Part shown: piece by piece, positions 13,501 through 24,400 of the stretch | Numbering within the stretch: the stretch's first letter is position 1 | How the letters are laid out: each line of letters starts with the position of its first letter | Origin: Antedon mediterranea | Lineage: Eukaryota; Animalia; Echinodermata | Direction: 5' to 3' | DNA length: 64,000 nucleotides | Assembly (NCBI RefSeq): GCF_964355755.1 | Contig: NC_092678.1 | Location: forward strand, 20,973,365 to 21,037,364 | The notes under the pieces: model-generated | Told to the model about the DNA's origin: nothing | Database searches by the model: none | Seen by the model: the letters and a program-made list of their open reading frames with translations, nothing else | Program-made: the position numbers and the translations under genes

Positions 13501-14290
13501 GAAAGAGAAAATAAGGGAGATAGAAGGCATAGGTAATAGAAAAGTTTAATGTTTTTATCATTAAAATTAAAGAATTAATGATCGCCTGTATCTTTTCCAC
13601 TTTGAATGAATTTTTATTTTAGTTATGTTTTTTTATAGCCATTTTGAACCTGAAGCAACTTCCACAAGATCAAAAAAATCAACTAAAGATAGATTAAAAC
13701 GCTTCTCACTTCCTTCTTTACCATTTTCTTTCACAAACACCCCTGTCGTTCAGGATAAAGAGAATACTGTAGCCAAGAAGAATACAAAATCCAAGAAAGA
13801 TACAGCAGCAGCAGCTAGAAAGGATGGTACAGAAGATGATGAGATAACATATGTCTTTTCTGAGTCTGAGATTGAGCATATATATGATGAAATATCGGAA
13901 TCCGACGACGAAGTATATTATGATGACGTTGAAGTTCCGATAGAAGATATGTTTTATAACTATGACTACGCACGTGGCCCACAAAGAGTAGTTCCATCAA
14001 GTCCCGATTACATGAATCGGGATAAAGAGAATACTGTAGCCAAGAAGAATACAAAATCCAAGAAAGATACAGCAGCAGCAGCTAGAAAGGATGGTACAGA
14101 AGATGATAAGATAACATATGTCTTTTCTGAGTCTAAGATTGAGCATATATATGATGAAATATCGGAATCCGACGACGAAGTATATTATGATGACGTTGAA
14201 GTTCCGATAGAAGATATGTTTTATAACTATGACTACGCACGTGGCCCACAAAGAGTAGTTCCATCAAGTCCCGATTACATGAATAATTAA
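688..14290 (+). CDS. Multi-exon fusion protein: TKL (ZAK/MLK-like) kinase + two degenerate ephexin/ARHGEF26-like DH-PH modules + SH3 + acidic Tyr-rich tail, ~1434 aa
   Basis: Exons (all GT-AG, phases consistent, total 4305 nt, no internal stop): 688-1540, 3497-3754, 3924-3958, 4223-4383, 4946-5086, 6250-6376, 6977-7183, 7666-7817, 7943-8134, 8518-8591, 9207-9278, 9647-9669, 9868-10028, 10256-10402, 10738-10870, 11132-11326, 11658-11815, 11996-12187, 12289-12359, 13093-13236, 13376-13532, 13639-14290. Confidence 0.8.
4223..8591 (+). CDS. DH-PH module 1 (7 exons), degenerate RhoGEF-like
   Basis: GERRHLMINIVEV, LQPIANF..Q, KLKEMVDNCND, PH start WVQKKGDV and PH end SEISEWLKVL resemble ephexin/SGEF motifs (ERHHLFSNITDV, CNE, WLVKRGEL). 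Confidence 0.72.
4735..4883. mobile_element. PIF/Harbinger-like MITE
   Basis: TIR AGGG(T/C)TTTCACAC(T/C)TGTTCCGGCACGG; flanks TAG/TTA. Confidence 0.65.
5271..6118. mobile_element. Tc1/mariner (Tc2/pogo-like) non-autonomous element
   Basis: TIR CCGTATATTTCGGTGTATAAGTCGCAC at both ends, TA TSD, subterminal GGTGCGTCTTATAC repeats. Confidence 0.85.
9868..12359 (+). CDS. DH-PH module 2 (7 exons), degenerate RhoGEF-like
   Basis: EKHHLYRNVTEV, FRPIVKYRANMCFQQNML, FIDVLEKCE, WLNKHG, DFMKWKVAL. Exon phases are the same as in module 1. Confidence 0.78.
13093..13532 (+). CDS. SH3 domain (2 exons), ephexin/ARHGEF26-like
   Basis: KPFTTDRDNELELEVNDFVEL...WVKGIRYERDGMSGWFP. Confidence 0.85.
13754..14284 (+). 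repeat. In-frame tandem duplication (267-nt period, 89 aa) in the last coding exon
   Basis: 13754-14017 vs 14021-14284 are identical apart from two G>A changes that I could see (both E>K). Confidence 0.95.
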
Positions 14291-14588
14291 AGTACGTGTA
14301 GGTGTCGCAAAGAAACTGAAAATATAACAAGAGTTTTGTTAATTGACAATAGTTCGCTGATATAACATTTAATAATTTATATAGTTACCAGAACTTTTGT
14401 TTTTCAATTTCTTAAATTACAGTAGCTTAATATTATAATATCATTGATATAATAGTAGTATGTGTAAATATTTTATTTTAGAGAAAATATCGGATTTTAA
14501 GAGCTAGATGCCGTGCATCTTCAATTTGAAATTCATCATGTGTTACGGAAACAAAGTTATAATTGGTTGTGCCTCCATGGGATTGATC

Positions 14589-14622
14589 CATAGAGGTATA
14601 AAACTAATTTTATACCTCCATG
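14589..14622. mobile_element. 34-bp CA..TG palindrome with 7-bp TSD (P-superfamily-like footprint)
   Basis: ATTGATC|CATAGAGGTATAAAACT-AATTTTATACCTCCATG|ATTGAAC; 17+17 nt. Confidence 0.6.
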
Positions 14623-15974
14623 ATTGAACCTTCCTCCTGGGAGACCTCTTTGTCTCATCGCTACACCTCCAGCTATATACATAGGCCTACATGTACTCAA
14701 AGGCCCGTTTGCACAACAAAGGCTCGTTTTGTTATTCAATAATGACAGATTATAAATAAATTACAATCACTGGAAACATTTCAGAGGCCTCTGGTGTCTA
14801 GTTTGGCACCCTCCATGGGCCGAATAAGTTGTCGTAAGTAGGTAGATCACACTCTGTAACATGGCATTCACGTTTGTTTCGTTTCACAGAACGGAAGACG
14901 GCGCCGTTTAATATTGTTTTTTTTTTTCAATATGGCGTCACCTCCGTTTCATAAAACGGAGGGAACGGTAGTCATACCATCTGATATAGTCCATCCAATT
15001 ACGAAAGGTTCAATACTGCCAGTCTACCTGTATTAATTGCTTTGGGATATTAGTTCAATTCTCTTTTTTTTTAGCTCAAAAACTTTATATAGACGCTTTT
15101 ATAAAGAAAAATAATAAATTAACATACATAAAACTTTCACTGTTATTTGATTTTGGGATATTTGGTATTTAGAATGATTTATACGGTATGGAATAGTTCT
15201 GTAGGTTTGTGATACTGTATTTAAACGTAGGGTATGTTTCTAACATTAATTAGGCAAAGTTTCATGATATCATTTTAAAAATCGTTTTACTTAATGTACA
15301 TGTTCCTATTTTCTCCAAACTTATAACCAGTACAAGGTAAAGATGTGCTGTATATCCCATAAAACATGAACAATGAAGATCAATAAAATCAGACTTTGAA
15401 TAGGCCATTTTGTAGTTAATCACTTCCGTAGAAAGAAACATTTTTTTCACTTATAAAGTGACAAAATAACTGATTAAAAAACATTCTGGTAGCCCATTTG
15501 ACTCTTTTTTTTTGGTTTTAAATTACAGCTTTTTCAAGTGGACAACATAGGCCTATCTATCTATATAAAAATACTACTTGTAAACTAGTGTGATCATTTA
15601 GAATAAAATTATGTCTTTTTTTTTGACACATCGAAAACAATATTCAGCAAAAGTTTATGGCGATGATTGCCGTCCATACGCGCGCGCCACCAAGCGGGCG
15701 GTGGTTGTAAAAAGGAGAGACGACGTGTAACCGGTGAGGGAGCGCGACGAAAGAGCTGGCCAGAGCCATATATAAAGAGTTACGACATTGGATTATAGTC
15801 ACGTGATATGCAGATCAATTTGTGTCAAACTGGTCTCCGTTAATTCATGTAAAGTATAGGAGCAAGAAAATACTTTAAACTTTTTCTTATATTTTAAAAA
15901 TTTTAATTGCACATTTTACGGTGAAATATCGATGTGCACAGCGTAGGCTTACAGAAGTACTTGCGGCAAAGAAT

Positions 15975-17057
15975 GGGTGTCACGAAACCTAAGACCACGA
16001 AAGCGAAGACCCCCTAAGACCTAAGATCACGAAAGCTAAGACCCAACACCTAAGATTACAAATATTTATCTTTTGCACCTGCCTTGTATTTTAACTCCCA
16101 ACATTTATTCTGAATACCACACCTTAGAATTGGCACTTTCATGAAAAAGAATCACATAAAAAGTAACAAATACATTTTTAAATTGATGATTTTACAGACG
16201 TTTTTCTCGCACACAAAATGACTAGCCTACTACAGCACTACAGTAGGCCTACCCCATGTTCAATGTTTTTGTTTCTATGGAACGTCAAAAGAGCAAAAAT
16301 TATATAGAGGGCTGAAAACTCTGTGGAGTCCATCTACAGTGTGGATGGAACAATGTAAATTTAAAATTGTAATGATAATAGTATAATCATGCAAGTACGA
16401 AGAAATAAATACTGGCAAATAAATTTTAATTTAAAAATCATGATAGGTTTTTTTGTTTCGTTTTCTTTCTGTTTTTATGCTTGTACTATTATTGTTGCTC
16501 TTTTGGCGCTCCATAGAAACAAAAACATTGAGCATGGTGGGAGCTCGAGGAGTTACATTACAGACAGTATACAAAGAAACACATCTGTAAAATCATCAAT
16601 TTAAAGGATTTATTTATTTGTTATTATGTGTTTCTCCTTCTGAAAGTACTTATAAGTCCTAATTTTAAAGTGTGGTGTTCAGGATAAAGTTAGTCAACAA
16701 ATTTGGAGTCAAAATACAAGAAAGGCAGGTGCGTAAGAAAAACATCCTCTGAACCAACACAATGGAGTAAATATATACCAACAAACAACCCGTCAAGTTT
16801 GTTTGTTGTAAAGAAAAAATATACATTTACTCAACGGGCGAAAATAATGTGAGTTTATCTATGTTTTGCGGTAGTATTAAATTATATTTATGGTAATAAA
16901 TGAAACCTACTGTGTTTAAAATTATGTATGGATAAACAAGTATTGTTTTTAAGCTGTAGTATATCTTAGTATTTGTAATCTTAGGTTGGGTCTTAGCTTT
17001 CGTGATCTTAGGTCTTAGGGGGTCTGAGCTTTCGTGGTCTTAGGTTTCGTGACACCC
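15975..17057. mobile_element. Mutator-like non-autonomous element nested in the outer element
   Basis: ~90-bp TIR GGGTGTCACGAAACCTAAGACCACGAAAGC...; 10-bp TSD GGCAAAGAAT/GGCAAAGGAT. Confidence 0.8.
16254..16537. mobile_element. Innermost MITE of the nest
   Basis: ~43-bp TIR CCATG(T/C)TCAATGTTTTTGTTTCTATGGA..CAAAAGAGCAA. Confidence 0.7.
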
Positions 17058-17352
17058 GGCAAAGGATGTTGCGCGCGCGTGCGCTAGTACATTATAAAGT
17101 TCGATTGATTGATTTTGGAACGAAACATCCCATAACTACGTCCTATAACAATTAATATGTAATATTTTGAATTCATAATGCATGCTTTGATGACTAAATA
17201 AAATAATAAAGTGTCGTGGATATATTTGTTAATATATTGAATAGGGTATGAACAATATTAAAATAATAAAGGCAAATTATTACAGCGTGCGAATTCTTTG
17301 ACACAAACATGGATTCTAATCTTCAATGTCGTAACTCTTTATATGGCTCTGG

Positions 17353-17515
17353 AGCAGCTGGCTCTGGAGCTGGCTCTGGGGGGATGGGGGAGGAGAGAGG
17401 AGGAGAACTCGCGCGAATATTGAAATTTCAACTGGAGACCTCTAGGCCTAGGGCCAAGCTAAAATCAAGAACGCAGATTTGAATGAATATTTGATTATCT
17501 GGTTTTAGTCATTGG
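17353..17515 (+). promoter_or_regulatory. Candidate FANCI promoter / non-coding first exon
   Basis: GA/GC-rich patch, E2F-like TCGCGCGAA (~17409), TTTGAA (~17478), possible donor TTG|GTAAAT (~17514), acceptor TTCACAG at 18419 upstream of ATG 18458. Confidence 0.35.
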
Positions 17516-18457
17516 TAAATTCAACCTTCCTTTAGTAAATATATTCATTTTTTAGAGGGATAAATTATAAATATCTTTGTTACCGTAATATAATTTTTCT
17601 AATAAGCCTAGGCCTAGCCCTAGGCCCTAGTAGGCTAGGCTAGGCCTACTATCTCTAAGACTAAGCCTATAATATACTACTCTAGGCCTAGGCCTATATA
17701 ATATTATTATATAGGCTAGGCTTAGTTTAGGCCTACATGATGCCTAGCTAGGCCAGTACACAGTCACAGTACAGTAGTAAAGTAGCTAGGACAGGTAAGT
17801 ACTAGACTACTATTCTAGGCCTAGTATACATACAGTAGTAGGCCAGAGTCCAGAGAGAGTAGTACAGTAGCTAGTAAGCCTAGACTATAGTCTAGTATTA
17901 TTATAAACCTCTCTAGAAAATAATCAGCCTATTTTGAATTTAGTTGGATAATAGATCGACGAAACCGAAGTCTTCCAGGCACCGTCCGCATATTTTATGA
18001 TACCCATTTATGTGCCAAAATATTATATCTTCTACAAATAAACAGAATCACTTATAGCTCATGCTGTAAACTGTCTGCTGCATGCATGAACTGTTTGCCT
18101 CGGTCTGTCCACCAGAAGTACAACAGCCATGACTATACTGTAGGCTAAGGCTACAGTAGTTAGTATTATACTTTATAGTATAGATAGACTAGCAGAGTAT
18201 AAAAAGGTCTAAATAAATAAGTGGCTAGGACTAGCCTTAGCTAGCTAGGTAGGCCTGTCCCTTCCCCGTCTGTGAAGTGTAGGGGTGAATCTAGAACCAG
18301 GCCAACCAGCCGTACTTATGCCAACTCATACCAAGACTAACAGGACAAATGAATATCTCCTAAATAAGAACACAACAACTTTCAGGATGAAAATTCTTGA
18401 CTCGTTTTTTTTTTCACAGTAATTTAATTGAGAAATACTGTACACATAACCAACACA

Positions 18458-21400
18458 ATGGACCAAAAGATAGTAATTCTGTATGAAACTGGTAAACTTA
18501 CAGGTCTCACCAAGCTTATCAACTCTTTAATTGATGCCCCACAGGTTAGTATAGTAGTATACAATTACACTTTACAGAAACAATATCTGACTTCTGAAAA
18601 AATGATAATAAAAAGATTATCCCATTCATTTTATAATTTGTTATTAGTTTTCTTTTCTCTGCTTGTTTAGAAAATATCTGACATGTTGACTAGGCGGGTA
18701 ATTGGCACGGTTGGTGATCCTATCATCCTGTTGAGGGCGCTGTTAAAAGGCTGCGATAAATATGAAGATGGTATGAAAGCCAGACACATGGTTTTTACAG
18801 CCTGTATAAACCTACTACAAGATTCTACCATCAATGTTAAGGTTGCCACGGATATCATTGCATTTCTTCTGGTCGAGGTAATAAAAAGTGTATATTAAAT
18901 AATTCTCATTTTTGTTTATGTGTTCTATAAATTTCAAGCACACTAGAAAACTGTTGAGAAGCCCTAATTTAGATTCTGTTTTCGTACAAGTCTCTACTCT
19001 AGGCAAGCAAAAAATCTTTCTGATTAAACTAACAAAACACCCTACACATTGCACAACCCATCTCTGAGACACATCTCTTGTAATCACTTTTTTGTTCTAC
19101 TATATGTTTCTAGTTTAAATCAAAAATGTCTGAATATGATTGTTAACTTTTTTAATTACATCCTTTTTTAGACTGATAAGCTATCAAGCAGCAGATTGGC
19201 AGAATTGACAGACTTTTATATCGAGGCTGTAAAAAGTAAAGAGCCTGCAAGTGGAAGGTAAGGCCATAGAGTGTAACTCTCCCATAGAGTGTAACTCTCC
19301 CATTAGCCCCACTCCATAGTGCACTATGTGCAGTAGGTAGGACATCTTAGCTGAACCGTTCTCGCCCACATAGAGGTAACTCTCCCATTAGCCCCACTCC
19401 ATAGTGCACTATGTGCAGTAGGTAGGACATCTTAGCTGAACCGTTCTCGCCCACATAGAGGTAACTCTCCCATTAGCCCCACTCCATAGTGCACTATGTG
19501 CAGTAGGTAGGACATCTTAGCTGAACCGTTCTCGCCCACATAGAGGTAACTCTCCCATTAGCCCCACTCCATAGTGTACTATGTGCAGTAGGTAGGACAT
19601 TTTAGCTGAACCGTTCTCGCCCACATAGAGGTAACTCTCCCATTAGCCCCACTCCATAGTGTACTATGTGCAGTAGGTAGGACATCTTAGCTGAACCGTT
19701 CTCGCCCACATAGAGGTAACTCTCCCATTAGCCCCACTCCATAGTGTACTATGTGCAGTAGGGAGGACATTTTAGCTGAACCGTTCTCACCCACATAGAG
19801 GTAACTCTCCCATTAGCCCCACTCCATAGTGTACTATGTGCAGTAGGTAGGACATCTTAGCTGAACCGTTCTCACCCACATAGAGGTAACTCTCCCATTA
19901 GCCCCACTCCATAGTGTACTATGTGCAGTAGGTAGGACATCTTAGCTGAAGCGTTCTCACCCACATAGAGGTAACTCTCCCATTAGCCCCACTCCATAGT
20001 GTACTATGTGCAGTAGGTAGGACATCTTAGCTGAAGCGTTCTCACCCACATAGAGGTAACTCTTCCATTAGCCCCACTCCATAGTGTACTATGTGCAGTA
20101 GGTAGGACATCTTAGCTGAACCGTTCTCACCCACATAGAGGTAACTCTCCCATTAGCCCCACTCCATAGTGTACTATGTGCAGTAGGTAGGACATCTTAG
20201 CTGAAGCGTTCTCACCCACATAGAGGTAACTCTTCCATTAGCCCCACTCCATAGTGTACTATGTGCAGTAGGTAGGACATCTTAGCTGAACCGTTCTCGC
20301 CCACATAGAGGTAACTCTTCCATTAGCCCCACTCCATAGTGTACTATGTGCAGTAGGTAGGACATCTTAGCTGAACCGTTCTCGCCCACATAGAGGTAAC
20401 TCTCCCATTAGCCCCACTCCATAGTGTACTATGTGCAGTAGGTAGGACGTACATCTCAGCTGAACCGTTCTCGCCCACATAGAGGTAACTCTCCCATTAG
20501 CCCCACTCCATAGTGTACTATGTGTAGTAGGTAGGACATCTTAGCTGAACCGTTCTCACCCACATAGAGGTAACTCCTTCCCTCTGAGGTATCTGAACTG
20601 CTATCCTGTAAAAAACATGACTATGATTGAACCAAATCACCTAATCGACATAAGTACTTCACAATTTTTGTAGGGCATTTGAGCTGTTACCAAAGATATT
20701 ATCATCACTGACATCAAGGGATAATGTTCTCCATGGCAACAATAATATGACTGGATCAAAGTTCAAAGACTATGTGCTTAATAATTTGTGTTCGAGTAGG
20801 TAAGTTGGATATGAAATTTATAGACATCAGACCAATTATACATTAACTATGATCTAAAAAGTTTTTTTTACGAGAAAAATGTTTTATCTTTTTATTTTTC
20901 ATAGATGGGAACCTCACTGCATCCTACCACTGACTTCTATGGTCAGGTAAATCTTGATTGTTAATTAATAATTTTTTAATTTAACTTCATAAAGATCCAT
21001 TATGATTTGCAGGAGAATTAAGAGGTTTACTGTTAACTTTACCTACTCCTGTTAAATATTCATGAGATTAATAATGAATATTCATTTTTATTAAAGGGAA
21101 ATACCCATGGTGAGCGACCAACTTGCATTTGTAATGAAGAAGGTTATTAGGGGATTCCCCATCATGAATTTCCAAGAGTTACCACCACTTATCTACCAGC
21201 TTCTCGTCCTAACGACCAAGGTGAGTTTTTCATTTGTTCCATTTCAAACAGATATATTTTTTCTAATCAAATAAACTTGGTACCTTCTTTTTCTGCCTAT
21301 CTTATGCACTTGTCAATTGTATGACCCAATATACGACACCCGGGAGAGGTGCATCATGGATGTGTAATCTACAAATAATTATGCGTCAAAAAACAATGGT

Positions 21401-24400
21401 GTGTCAATGTCCGTCACTTTACAACCCACCATATCATGAACAACATGGTCACAATGTGTCAAAATGGATGCGTCATGGTCACTTTTTTTGGTGCAGGGAT
21501 GCGTCATGGTATTCATAAGGTATGACATACATCAAACAAATGACGCACCTCTCCTGGGGTTCGTAAAGTGGGTCATACAATTGACAAGTGCATTAAACAT
21601 AAACAAATAAAAAACTATTCTTTCCAGAAAGAATACTATCAATTTAAATTACTAAACATAATTAACTGTTTATTACAATCATCAACATGATCATTTTTCC
21701 TATAGGGTCATAAAGATTTAGTTTTAAAAGGAATACTGAATTTCTTTAACAACGTTGAAAAGCAAGATATAGCACAAGAAAGTGAGGATATATTTAGGTA
21801 TGTGTAGATGGTATATAAGTATATTTAAGTATCAATTTACAGTCTTATGCTCTGTCTACACTATCAAGCTTTATGTGACGAAAAAAATGTGATGTGCCCA
21901 TCCATATATGTACATGATAATGTCATATCATTGCCATATTTAATCATATCACTACCATATCTGGGGACATCACACCTTTTTTGTAAAAATAAAGTTTGAT
22001 AGTTTAGAAAGGGCTTAAGGGAGCTATTTTTTTTTTCCTCTGACAGGATTTGAACTCAGGACCCTAGATCATAAGTAAACCACCAAGCTACAATTCCATG
22101 TTGTGTTTCTAAAATCTTGTAAATATAAAAATTAAAAAAAATGATGTTTTTTTACATAGTGTATCAGCAACCACTAATGAAACAATACAACACACAGAGG
22201 GTACGGTCATTGTGCATGTAACATTTGCAGTGAGACAAGATCAACCGCTGGGAAAGGAGTTGGTTCGAATCCTAAAGGTTTCAATTTCTCGTTTTTAAAT
22301 ATCAATATATCTATATCATATAGACTACAAACCCAAAGTCTGTACTCTAATTGGCCCAGTTTTTCCATATTCTATTCTGCTCTGAGGCCCTTATAAAACT
22401 GTGATAGTACCTGTAGTTGACACAGAATGAATGAGAACCAGTATCATAGCGTCTGTGTGTACTCACTGGCTAAACCCAGAGTACAAGGGGCCCCAGAGCA
22501 TGAGCAGCCCCAGAGCATGAGCAGCCCCAGAGCATGAGCAGCCCCAGAGCATGAGCAGCCCCATAGTATGAGCAGCCCCAACTACCCAGCGTCAGAGCCT
22601 CTTATTTAGTACCTGAATCAAGCCGTCTCAACTGACCTTATTTTTATTTGTTATAGGATAGACAACAAGGGGACCCAAGTGCAGTATTGCAACCATTTTC
22701 CACAGCGTTGATACTAGCAATCTCTAGAATACATTCTTTCACTGAACAGGTTTGTACAAAATATGACACGAACGATACTATCAGTAAAACTAGATATTTT
22801 AAACAATGACAAACACGTTTGTTTGTATGCATCATATAAAACAGCTCGATCCTGTACCACCTCAGTGAGTACCTAGGCCTACACATCATGGTGCTTATGT
22901 CAACAGTGTGGGTAAATTAAGAAGGCAGCCTTGCTGCTAAAGTTGTATGAAATTACAGGTGTAATGCTACAATTTATGCAAATCAATGCTGAAACAACTA
23001 ATTGGCGTAATAAAGGAGCATATTACGTACTACTTTCAATAACGGAGCATATTATATTATTAGTTTTATTTGTATCTATTTTTGATTCTTCTTAGATGAT
23101 CTCAATCTTGAAGACGTCAATATTTAGGTGCTACAAAAATATAGAAAAACACAATGAGTCCAAGTTTATTGCAGGTACTGTTTTAATTTATTCCACAATT
23201 AGGGGAACATGGAAAAATCAGCACTGTAGTCATGTTATAACACATAGATTATCTGACAAAATTCTTAGACAGTAGGAAGCCTTTTGCCATTTTCCCCTAA
23301 CTGTCCAGGCTGAGTGGACTGTAGAGCTAAACTCTAAACATCCAATTTAAAAGACAAAATGCTAACATCTGTGCCAACTTACCAACTAACTCTTGTAAAC
23401 CACATTCAAATATGTAATTGTAGCCAATTTATTGTCCACGTGTAGTCCTGCTTTCCCTTAAAAATAAGACATTTAAAGTTTGTGTTTTTTTAATTTTGTC
23501 TAGAAATTGCTCCACCGATTCCTGACATTGCATCAGATATTTTAAGCATTGTCAAAAACAGGTGAGATTTGGATCAGTCAATTAGTAAAGTAAATAATTT
23601 TAAAAGAAATAAATAAATTTATAGATACTATCAGTAAAACTATATATTTTAAACAATCACAATAGTCAGACAGCCACGTTTTTGTATGCATCATATATAG
23701 TACTGATCATATAAAATCTACAATAAATGTACAGATTTGTCTATTCTATAAATACAGTATTCTATAAATATTTTATGATTCAATTCTTTTGTTTATAGTT
23801 CCATGGGATGGGACCATGTAACACACGGTCTAATCGAGTTGGGTTTTTCTCTGATGGAATCTTATGGACCAAAAGCTGCGTTTGGTAAAGTACCAGTACA
23901 TGGTATGTAAACACTCTAAATGACATCTAAATGATTCCACTACCTGATAATAATGCAAAAGCTTATAAAATAATAAAAACACTAACGAAATATAAACATG
24001 TTTAGGATTGACATGTCACCATACCTACACTCATAATACAAGATAAAGACAAACAAAAAGTTTAATATACATTCCTGTTGTTTACATCAGCTGCTACGAT
24101 AATACAAAAGCTAATATAATATAACACTTTCCAACCAACTATATATAAACATATTTAGTTTATATACATATTTAGTTTGATACAATTCCTTTCTAATGAT
24201 CATGTTATAACAAAAGCATTCTTCCCAAGAAGTTTGCCTCTATAGAACTATATATATCCAAATAATACCAAATAATACCAAATAATAAGTCAATCATAAT
24301 CTTTAATTTAACTTGTTTTTTATATTATTGTTTTTGTAATATTTACGTGTTTAATGCAATACTTTGTAATGTTTATATTTTTTATTTTAGATTGTAAAAG

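Larger units (their letters stand above)
15760..17352. mobile_element. Outer non-autonomous TIR element of a three-level nest
   Basis: TIR CCAGAGCCATA(TA)TAAAGAGTTACGACATTG at both ends; degenerate 9-bp flank AAGAGCTGG/AGCAGCTGG. Confidence 0.75.

Noticed and set aside
13718-14330. Minus-strand hydrophobic ORFs
   Set aside because: They are antisense shadows of the duplicated acidic tail exon.
19265-20576. Regular repeat array with an internal palindrome, superficially CRISPR-like
   Set aside because: Units are near-identical over their whole 85 bp with no unique spacers, there are no cas genes, and it lies in a eukaryotic intron.
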